A program made the translations under genes and the position numbers. The notes beneath the pieces are model-generated. The model had not been told where the DNA came from, did no database searches, and worked only from the letters and a program-made list of their open reading frames with translations. From contig JBFJCP010000023.1 of NCBI GenBank assembly GCA_041615815.1, positions 16,597-80,596 on the forward strand: 64,000 nucleotides of DNA, written 5' to 3'. Origin of the DNA: Gemmatimonadales bacterium (GTDB lineage: Bacteria; Gemmatimonadota; Gemmatimonadetes; Gemmatimonadales; GWC2-71-9). Position 1 is the first letter of the stretch; each line of letters starts with the position of its first letter. This document shows, piece by piece, positions 50,193-57,635 of this stretch.

Positions 50193-51086
50193 ATGATCCG
50201 TTTTGGCGTTGCCGGTTGGAGCTACGACGACTGGTACGGTCCTGTCTATCCTATCACGAAACCCAAGGGGTTCGATCCCCTCGCGTACCTTGCCCGTTAC
50301 TTCGATACCATCGAAATCAATTCGACGTTTTATCGTCCACCCACCCCTAGGACTGCCGAAAACTGGGCGCGGCGTATCTCACATAACGCTCGCTTCTCGT
50401 TCACCGCTAAGCTGTGGCAGCGCTTCACCCATCAGCGCGAGGCCGCCTGGACTGGCGACGAGCGTGATCAAGTGGTGGCCGCGATGACACCTCTCGCCCA
50501 AGCGGATCGGCTCGGATGTCTCCTCGCACAGTTTCCCTGGTCGTTCAAACGCTCACCGGAATCGGAGGAATGGCTCGGCGATCTCGTGACCGCCTTCGGA
50601 GAGTTTCCTCTCGCCGTGGAGGTGCGCCACAGCTCGTGGAACGTTCCGGATTTCTATCGATGGCTCAGCGACCGACAGGTTGGGGCGGTGAATATCGATC
50701 AGCCCATCTTCGGGCACTCCATAAAGCCAGGTGCCGCAGTGACGTCGCCTGTGGGGTATATCCGGCTGCACGGTCGAAACTATCAAAACTGGTTCCGTGA
50801 CAACGCCGAATCCCATGAGCGCTACGACTACCTCTACACGGCGGAGGAGCTCAAGGCGTGGCTGGATCTGATTCATCAGGTCGCAGCGCGCGCGCGCGAG
50901 ACATACGTGATTGCAAACAACCACTTTCGAGGACAAGCTCCCGCCAACGCGGCGATGCTGGAAAAGCTGTATGGGCACACCGACGTCGAAGTACCGCCCG
51001 AGCTAGCCCGGAGTTACGGAGAGATCCTCGAGCCGCTGGGGATTCGCGGCGCTGGAGCTCACGGAGAGCTGGAGCTGGGACTTTGA
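50193..51086 (+). CDS. DUF72 domain protein
   Basis: GVAGWSYDDWYG, YARYF-like YLARYFDTIEINSTFY, LAQFP, VEVRHSSW, YIRLHGRN, YDYLY and ANNH. Confidence 0.9.
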   Translation: MIRFGVAGWSYDDWYGPVYPITKPKGFDPLAYLARYFDTIEINSTFYRPPTPRTAENWARRISHNARFSFTAKLWQRFTHQREAAWTGDERDQVVAAMTPLAQADRLGCLLAQFPWSFKRSPESEEWLGDLVTAFGEFPLAVEVRHSSWNVPDFYRWLSDRQVGAVNIDQPIFGHSIKPGAAVTSPVGYIRLHGRNYQNWFRDNAESHERYDYLYTAEELKAWLDLIHQVAARARETYVIANNHFRGQAPANAAMLEKLYGHTDVEVPPELARSYGEILEPLGIRGAGAHGELELGL

Positions 51087-52252
51087 TCTTTGCGCGGGCC
51101 GGGACGATCGAGCGCTTCGCTTCGCTCTTCCGCCATCGGGTTTGTTCGCTCTGCCGACCGTCCCGACCCCCACAAGGTCAGTTGTGTTGGGGCGGCTGCC
51201 ATCACCGCCGGTTGCTCTTGGGCTCCATTCGTATCACGGATTCCAAAGCGCGCGGCGATCCGCCGAAACCGAGCTTCCACCGCATCCTTGTAGGCCTTGG
51301 GGGCGTCGCGCCGTGCGCCGAAGGCAACCCGATATCGACGTGCCAATGCCGGGAATTCACGCTCCAACACTTCGACGAATCGACGGCGGGTATCAGGGTA
51401 CAGTCTGAGGACGCTGGGGTAGACGAAGCGCGCCCCCGCCGATGCTGCAGCGGCCATGAGATTGCTGATCTCATCCGCTGTATCGGTGAGCCCTGGAAGC
51501 ACCGGAGCCACGATGAGCCCCGCGCGAACCCCGGCCTCGGTCAAGTGATGGAGTGCCCGCAGCCGCGCATGCGGCATGGGGGACCGTGCCTCGAAGAGCC
51601 TGATGAGACGGACATCCACGCTGATGAGCGACACGTAAACGCTCACACGATGCCGGTCCGCGAGGGTCCCCAACAGGTCGATGTCTCGGCACACCAATGG
51701 GCTCTTTGTGATAATGCCAATATGAAGTCCGCGCTCCCCACACAAACGCTGTAGAACGGCGCGCGTGATCCCGAATTGTCTCTCCGCGGGTTGATAAGGA
51801 TCCGTCGCCGTGCCAAGTACGATGTTCTGCGCTCCCACCGCTCGCCGTCGCACGGCGGCGAGATCACGGTCGAGGGCGGCGAGCAGCGTACCCCGTTCCT
51901 TGACGAAGATGCGTTGCTCGAAGGGCTCGCCCGACCCTCCTTGCGCGGTGACCGTTTTTGGGGCTCCAGCCCGCGCATATCGTTGGGACAGATACTGATG
52001 GGCGAAGCGCGCGTAGCAATACGAGCAACCGAACTCGCATCCGACGTAGGGATTGATCGACCAAAAGCTCATTCCGGTGGCTTCAGGTGGGTTGATGGCG
52101 GTGTTGCCGCGGTGCTCGACGAACTGTGCGCCACGTCGCCGGACATCGAGTACGACCGGGCCGACAACTCTCTCGCGTGCGCGACGGTGCCGGAACAGCT
52201 CGACCTGACCAGGTGCCTGGTCGAGACATGGAAGCGATAGGCCTACCCGCAT
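51059..52252 (-). CDS. Radical SAM protein (SplB/Rv2578c/PA0069-like, DNA-repair associated)
   Basis: SINPYVGCEFGCSYCYAR (CxxxCxxC), GTATDPYQPAE, IITKS and APVLPGLTD. The start is uncertain; ATG 52252 overlaps the upstream stop. Confidence 0.88.
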   Translation of the reverse strand: MRVGLSLPCLDQAPGQVELFRHRRARERVVGPVVLDVRRRGAQFVEHRGNTAINPPEATGMSFWSINPYVGCEFGCSYCYARFAHQYLSQRYARAGAPKTVTAQGGSGEPFEQRIFVKERGTLLAALDRDLAAVRRRAVGAQNIVLGTATDPYQPAERQFGITRAVLQRLCGERGLHIGIITKSPLVCRDIDLLGTLADRHRVSVYVSLISVDVRLIRLFEARSPMPHARLRALHHLTEAGVRAGLIVAPVLPGLTDTADEISNLMAAAASAGARFVYPSVLRLYPDTRRRFVEVLEREFPALARRYRVAFGARRDAPKAYKDAVEARFRRIAARFGIRDTNGAQEQPAVMAAAPTQLTLWGSGRSAERTNPMAEERSEALDRPGPRKDQSPSSSSP

Positions 52253-52428
52253 GCTCCCCAGCCGCACTGCCGACAGTGGAAACATCCCGAGCTGGCCAGC
52301 ATCGGGCCGCCGCAGTCCGGACAGCTGCTTCCGGTGGGCAAGGGAGGGCCCACTCCGTCGGGGACGCAACGGGGAGGGATCCGTGGCCGGTAAACCGTAG
52401 GGCGTAGTTTCGGGTTTTGTTCAGCCAT
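52243..52428 (-). CDS. Stand-alone Zn-ribbon microprotein (61 aa)
   Basis: MAEQNPKLRP...CPDCGGPMLASSGCFHCRQCGWGACG. The ATG lies 7 nt after a -10 hexamer. Confidence 0.7.
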   Translation of the reverse strand: MAEQNPKLRPTVYRPRIPPRCVPDGVGPPLPTGSSCPDCGGPMLASSGCFHCRQCGWGACG

Positions 52429-52429
52429 A

Positions 52430-52463
52430 AAACCGAAGATATACCGAAATTTCCGTGACGCAA
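52430..52463 (-). promoter_or_regulatory. Promoter TTGCGT-N16-TATCTT overlapped by operator copy 3 (TTTCGG-TATATC-TTCGGTTT)
   Basis: The operator at 52430-52449 sits in the same register over the -10 as at imuB. Confidence 0.72.
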
Positions 52464-52616
52464 GATGGGCTATGCCGGTCGCCTTCTCGGCTTGCTGTTC
52501 ACTTGCTGTTCCGCCGTTCTGCGTCCAGATTCGCCACGTCTCAGGGGACATTCGCTTCACATGGTTATTCCAAGATTCCGTTCGTGACCTCGGGCTCGGG
52601 ACTCAGCGAGACGACA

Positions 52617-53756
52617 ATGAGAAGGCTGGCTGCCCATCCGCTCACCCGGGTGGCCACCGTGCTCGCGTTGTTGTTCGTATTTCTCCTCGGAGTGAACGGC
52701 CTCGGAGATGGCTTCAAGTCACTGGGGCGTGGTGCCCTGGAGGCATTCTTTCTTGCCACCACCAACCCGTTCATGGGACTGATGGTGGGGATTCTCGCCA
52801 CCACCTTGGTGCAGAGCTCTTCGGTCTCGACCTCGTTGATTGTGGCGCTCGTGGCCGCCCCCGAGAATCCGCTTCCCATCGCGAACGCTGTCCCCATGGT
52901 CATGGGTGCCAACATCGGGACCACGGTGACCAACACCATCGTCTCGCTCGCCCACATGGGACGGCGGGAGGAATTTCGGCGGGCCTTTGCGGTGGCCACC
53001 TGTCACGACTTCTTCAACTTCATTGCCGTGGTGGTCTTGCTGCCCCTCGAGCTGTTCACGGGCTATCTGCAAAAAAGCGCGACCACCCTTTCCGGTCTGT
53101 TGACGGGACTCAGTGGAGTCGACTACGACAGCCCCATCAAAGGGGCGCTGAAGGTGGGTCTCGCACCCATCAAGGCGGGGGTTGGATTCGTCACCGACTC
53201 CGAGCGTGCCCGAGCGTTCTTGCTCATCGGCATGAGCGGCGTCTTGATCTACACGGCACTCATGTTGTTGGTGCGGGTCATGCGCAAGGCGATGTTGTCT
53301 CGCGTGGAGAGCCTGGTGTCGCGAGTGCTGGATCGAGCAGCGGTGGGCGCCATGCTGGTTGGGGTCGTGGTGACTCTCATGGTGCAGTCCAGTTCGATCA
53401 CGACGTCTCTCTTGGTGCCACTTGCCGGCGCGGGAGTGCTCACGCTTCGCCAGGCGTTTCCCATCACCATAGGGGCGAACATCGGGACCACCGTGACGGC
53501 GCTGTTAGCCGCCCTCGCTGCAACCGGTGTGAACGCTGTTGCCGGCATCACCATCGCCATCGTCCATCTTCTGTTCAATCTGAGTGGTACCTTGCTGATA
53601 TACCCCCTCACGGCGGTTCGTAATCTTCCCCTTGCCGCGGCGCAACGGTTGGCGGACACGGCAGTCAAGTCTCGTCGCTGGGCTCTTGTGTACGTGGTTC
53701 TGTTGTTCTACGGTCTCCCGGCGCTGTTTGCAGCGCTGAATCGACTTCTCAGGTAG
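52617..53756 (+). CDS. Na+/phosphate cotransporter (NptA/SLC34 family)
   Basis: Two QSSS and two GANIGTT repeats, plus ATCHDFFN. Start set at ATG 52617. Confidence 0.92.
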   Translation: MRRLAAHPLTRVATVLALLFVFLLGVNGLGDGFKSLGRGALEAFFLATTNPFMGLMVGILATTLVQSSSVSTSLIVALVAAPENPLPIANAVPMVMGANIGTTVTNTIVSLAHMGRREEFRRAFAVATCHDFFNFIAVVVLLPLELFTGYLQKSATTLSGLLTGLSGVDYDSPIKGALKVGLAPIKAGVGFVTDSERARAFLLIGMSGVLIYTALMLLVRVMRKAMLSRVESLVSRVLDRAAVGAMLVGVVVTLMVQSSSITTSLLVPLAGAGVLTLRQAFPITIGANIGTTVTALLAALAATGVNAVAGITIAIVHLLFNLSGTLLIYPLTAVRNLPLAAAQRLADTAVKSRRWALVYVVLLFYGLPALFAALNRLLR

Positions 53757-53767
53757 GAGCGGAAGTC

Positions 53768-54457
53768 ATGCTACGCGAACTTCTCAGCATCTTTCGGCGG
53801 GACAATCCCCTCAGTGCAATGGGCGAAAACTTTGCACGAATGCTCACCCTCACCTACGAACTCACCGTCAGAGCCGGCGACATTTACTTTGGAAGACCAT
53901 TCACGTCTGAGGAGCGCACCCAGATCTACAAACAGGATGTGCAGGTCAACAAACTGCAGCGGGTGATCCGGAAGCAGGTGATTGCCCATCTGAGCATTCA
54001 AGGGAACACCGCAAATCTCCCTTACTGTTTGCTGTTGATGAGTCTCGTGAAGGATGTCGAACGCCTCGGTGACTACGCCAAGAACCTCGCCGACGTCGTG
54101 GAGCTGCGGCCGGACCCGCCTCCCGACAACGAAATCATCGCCGAGCTCAAAGAGATTCGTGGTGGGGTGGAAGGGGCATTTGGCGCGGCGGCCGAGGTGT
54201 TTGGAACATCGGACCGGGAGCGAGCCATCGGGCTCATTCAAAGTGGTAAGAGTCTTGCACATCGGTGCGATGCACTACTCGCCACGATTGCTCGCTCCAA
54301 TTACGATTCCACCTTCACCACCGCCGCCGTGCTCGGCGCTCGATACTACAAGCGCATCGGCGGACACGTCTTGAACGTGCTTTCCGCTGTCGTGATGCCG
54401 CTGCACAAGCTGGATTACTACGATGAGAAGGAACTCGCTCCCGAGGTGGAAGACTAG
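53768..54457 (+). CDS. PhoU domain protein
   Basis: DVQVNKLQRVIR, KDVERLGDYAKN and YKRIGGH; follows the Na/Pi symporter. Confidence 0.85.
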   Translation: MLRELLSIFRRDNPLSAMGENFARMLTLTYELTVRAGDIYFGRPFTSEERTQIYKQDVQVNKLQRVIRKQVIAHLSIQGNTANLPYCLLLMSLVKDVERLGDYAKNLADVVELRPDPPPDNEIIAELKEIRGGVEGAFGAAAEVFGTSDRERAIGLIQSGKSLAHRCDALLATIARSNYDSTFTTAAVLGARYYKRIGGHVLNVLSAVVMPLHKLDYYDEKELAPEVED

Positions 54458-54479
54458 CAGTCGTGTTCGGACCGCGATG

Positions 54480-54722
54480 GCGTGCGCTCCGAGTCACCAT
54501 TGGATCATAGCGGCATGCAGTCCTGGCCAGGCGGGACGCGACCGCCCGGACTTGCTCTGACGGGCGTTCGGCAGCCGCTGCAACCACCTTGTACCCGTGC
54601 CAGGTGGCAATCACGTGGATGTTTGGCTCGAACGGAAGGTCTTCACCCTGGTAGCCCAAGGCCTCGAAGAGCACGCCGAGATCGCGAATGGAGCAGATGT
54701 TGCGTAGGACGCTTCGCAGCAT
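54480..54722 (-). pseudogene. Probable truncated 5' remnant of a larger gene
   Basis: About 70 protein-like codons (MLRSVLRNICSIRDLGVLFEALGY...RLARTACR) are followed by a frame that runs antisense into phoU without a fitting stop. Confidence 0.35.
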
Positions 54723-54856
54723 GGCCCGGCCAGTGATAAGACTGGACCATGGTACGGGAGACTAAGGGAAGCGCACGCCTCCAAACGGCGCTTGAGACAT
54801 CAGAATGTTGCGGGTCCGATCCGTGCAGTTCGGGCTCGTGAGAAGATGCGGTGAGC

Positions 54857-55540
54857 CTAGTAGATCAGGTGGCTCCGGTCTCTTCTTTCTGCCTTGTCCA
54901 GATCGATCATCCGCACGTCATCGAGGTATGTGGTCGTGGGCGCAGTCACCAGTCCGGTTATCTTCTCGACGGTCTGCGTGATGCGTTTGCCCGACTCGTG
55001 AATGTTGCGCACCGCCGCCTGTTGACTCTCCGAGAGACTCGATCCTGCTAGCAGAAAGTCGGTTTCCGTAATAATGGTCATGAGCGCGTTGTTGATCTCA
55101 TGCTGGACCGTGACGGCGAGCTCACCGATGCTCGCCATGCGCTCGTTCTTGAGGGAACGTCCATAGTAGACATGGAGTTCCTCGGACAGCCAGCCCACGG
55201 TGATCGTCAGTGTGCCATAAGCGATGTAGATGGGGACGGTGACACGCCAATCATCCGGATTGAGACTCAAGGCGAGAATCAACTGCACGGTGATGAACAG
55301 ACCGGTACCGGCCAGGAGTCCGACGAGCGATCCTCTCAAGCCGAAATGGAGTGAAAGTAAGAATGCCGGGGCTATCGTCACCAGCCACACGAGCTCGTCG
55401 GTTGACCCGGGATCGTCTGGCAGTACGAGCTGCACGATGACCGGCATCAGGTATGCCGCCACGCAGTAGATCCAGAACCGAGTCTTGAATGGAGGGGCGT
55501 GCGGCAGGTGCCGTAACTTGAACGCGCTTGCTATCGCCAT
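54857..55540 (-). CDS. Membrane protein with HisKA phosphoacceptor domain but no HATPase domain
   Basis: About 4 TM helices, then ERMASIGELAVTVQHEINNAL (H-box). The protein ends about 75 aa later with no N, G1, F or G2 boxes. GGAGAG RBS before ATG 55540. Confidence 0.8.
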   Translation of the reverse strand: MAIASAFKLRHLPHAPPFKTRFWIYCVAAYLMPVIVQLVLPDDPGSTDELVWLVTIAPAFLLSLHFGLRGSLVGLLAGTGLFITVQLILALSLNPDDWRVTVPIYIAYGTLTITVGWLSEELHVYYGRSLKNERMASIGELAVTVQHEINNALMTIITETDFLLAGSSLSESQQAAVRNIHESGKRITQTVEKITGLVTAPTTTYLDDVRMIDLDKAERRDRSHLIY

Positions 55541-55574
55541 GCGCTCTCTCCGTCGAAATGCCACTCGACCCAAG

Positions 55575-56666
55575 TCACGACTGGGCGCGAAGCTCGAGTG
55601 GCTGGGCGAAGCCCTCTTGGCCAGGGGCGACGTGCGTCTGACGCTTCAGCGCCGCCTCGAGGGCGTCGACGATCGCGGGATCCAGGACCGACCCCTTGAG
55701 TTCATGCATGCGCTCGACCACACCGTCGGTCGAGAACGTGTCACGGTACGGTCTGGGGCTCTTGAGTGCATCATAGACCTCGGCTGCGCAAACGATCCGC
55801 GCACCCAAGGGAATATCCTCACCGCTCAGGCCGTCGGGATACCCACTGCCGTCCCAGTGTTCGTGATGACTCCGCACATAACCAGCAATAGCACTGATGT
55901 CGGGCAAGGGCTCGAGAATATGTGAGCCGATGACCGGATGCTCGCGAATGTGCTCGTACTCCTCGTCCGTGAGAGGCCCTTGCTTGTTCACGACCTCCTC
56001 GCGAATGCCAACCTTGCCCAAATCGTGGAGCCGACCGGCAATGCGAACCCGTTCGATCTCCTCTTCGGGAAGGCCCAGTTCGTAGGCGATCGTGGTGGCC
56101 AGAGCAGCGACCCGGGCCGAATGGCCGATCAAATAGCGGTTTTTGGCCTCCAAGGTGTTGACCATGGTCTCGAGAGTGGCGAGGGTGATCTTCCCCTGCT
56201 GGCGTTCCCACGGCACATCGTGGCCTCGACGCTGGACCTCGCTCTTGAGCCAGCTCGTGAGCTGGTGACTTTGGATGATGGTCTCACGTCGGCGCAACGC
56301 GCGGTTGACAGCACCAAGTAATTCGGTGAGCTCCACCGGCTTCGTGAGATAGTCCATCGCACCGCCCTGAAGGCTACGGGTGGCACTCGCCGCGTCGGCC
56401 ACAGCGGTGAGCATCAGAATGGCGAGGTTCGGGTCGATGTCCAATGCTCGGGGCACGACATCGACGCCGCTCATCCCCGGCATTCGGATGTCGAGCAGCA
56501 TGGCCGAGACGTCGTGTGCCGCGACGTGCTCGAGGGCAGCTGCACCGGAGTCGACTGTTTGCACGGCGAAGCCAACCCTCCCGAGGTAGCGAGCGAGGGC
56601 TTCGCGGAGGGAGGGCTCATCATCCACGATGAGAAGGGGAACAGGTGGTGTCTGTGTGGTAGCCAT
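55575..56666 (-). CDS. Response regulator with HD-GYP cyclic-dinucleotide phosphodiesterase domain (RpfG-like)
   Basis: REC motifs IVDDE, LLDIRMP and YLTKP; HD-GYP motifs GHSARVA, LHDLGK and HHEHWDGSGYPDGL. Confidence 0.93.
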   Translation of the reverse strand: MATTQTPPVPLLIVDDEPSLREALARYLGRVGFAVQTVDSGAAALEHVAAHDVSAMLLDIRMPGMSGVDVVPRALDIDPNLAILMLTAVADAASATRSLQGGAMDYLTKPVELTELLGAVNRALRRRETIIQSHQLTSWLKSEVQRRGHDVPWERQQGKITLATLETMVNTLEAKNRYLIGHSARVAALATTIAYELGLPEEEIERVRIAGRLHDLGKVGIREEVVNKQGPLTDEEYEHIREHPVIGSHILEPLPDISAIAGYVRSHHEHWDGSGYPDGLSGEDIPLGARIVCAAEVYDALKSPRPYRDTFSTDGVVERMHELKGSVLDPAIVDALEAALKRQTHVAPGQEGFAQPLELRAQS

Positions 56667-56702
56667 GGCTCCCGTGCACTTTCACAAAAAGCTCGAGATG
56701 TT

Positions 56703-57152
56703 CTACTCGATGACTAGGGTGACCTGCGTCGCACTGCCGAACGCAAGAGGTCCTCCGTAGAGGCCCTTGATTGATTCCATGAGCCTTGGATCGTCGGTCC
56801 GAACCTGCAGCCCGAGCAGCAACGATTGTCTTTGTCGTCTGGGGAGGCCGTTGGGCAGTGACCACCGCCGCCAGCGATAAGTCACGTTCGGAAGCTGGAA
56901 CGTGAAGCCTTGGGGCAGCGATGCCATGAGTTCCGCGGGGACCTGGCCCCAACCCTTGGAGCTCGGAAAGGTCTCGGCTTCCGCGAAGCGATCGAAGGCT
57001 GCCGCCCGGACCGCGTGAAAATCGGCAATCACACTGGCCGCCTCTGCGCGACGGCGCACGTCCTGTACCTTCGGAATGGCGACATTGGCGAGAATCCCCA
57101 GGATCGTGACCACGATCATCAGTTCGACGAACGTGACGCCCCGCCGGTTCAT
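56703..57152 (-). CDS. Type IV pilin/pseudopilin
   Basis: Class III signal MNRRG|VTFVELMIVVTILGILANVAIP with Glu at +5. Confidence 0.88.
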   Translation of the reverse strand: MNRRGVTFVELMIVVTILGILANVAIPKVQDVRRRAEAASVIADFHAVRAAAFDRFAEAETFPSSKGWGQVPAELMASLPQGFTFQLPNVTYRWRRWSLPNGLPRRQRQSLLLGLQVRTDDPRLMESIKGLYGGPLAFGSATQVTLVIE

Positions 57153-57631
57153 TGGATTTGATTCCGAGAAAGCAGTTCGTATGCGCGTGCAAGCTCGGAC
57201 ATGTCCTCGCCGGAGCGATACACGATCTCTCGCTCCCCGACTTTCGCTCTCAGCTCATAGGCGTTGCCGCTGACGGCGTACTGCACGCCCTCCTCGTTCA
57301 CGTTCAAAACCTCCAACTCCGTCGGAAGCGTGCCTGTCGAGTCCCGATAGAGCTCGAGCGTCTGAACGATGAGATAGAGGGTGAACCGGGTTGCAACCTC
57401 CTCCTCGCCCGCTCTCAAGGAGTCGAGATTTCCGGTTGTCCCGATCAGGTTCCAGGCGGTGAGCGAGATGGCCACGGCCAGCAGGGTAAGCAGGAGCGGC
57501 ACTTGAGACAAACGGCGTGGGAGGGTGCGCGGCCGGGCAGCTGTCGCCTCCCGTTCCAGAATCTCCTCAAAGTACTGGGCCGGGGATTCCGAAGCGGATA
57601 GGGTCGACTTCCGTGCCTCTCGGGGTGTCAT
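57149..57631 (-). CDS. Single-TM hypothetical protein with a pseudopilin-head-like segment
   Basis: TM segment LLLTLLAVAISLTAW; LELYRDSTGTLP; ATGA-coupled to the pilin gene. Confidence 0.72.
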   Translation of the reverse strand: MTPREARKSTLSASESPAQYFEEILEREATAARPRTLPRRLSQVPLLLTLLAVAISLTAWNLIGTTGNLDSLRAGEEEVATRFTLYLIVQTLELYRDSTGTLPTELEVLNVNEEGVQYAVSGNAYELRAKVGEREIVYRSGEDMSELARAYELLSRNQIQ

Positions 57632-57635
57632 TGGC

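Noticed and set aside
52253..52369. N-terminal extension of the radical SAM ORF containing QLGMF
   Set aside because: It overlaps the Zn-ribbon ORF, which has a better promoter-linked start and a clear Cys pattern; probably not translated.
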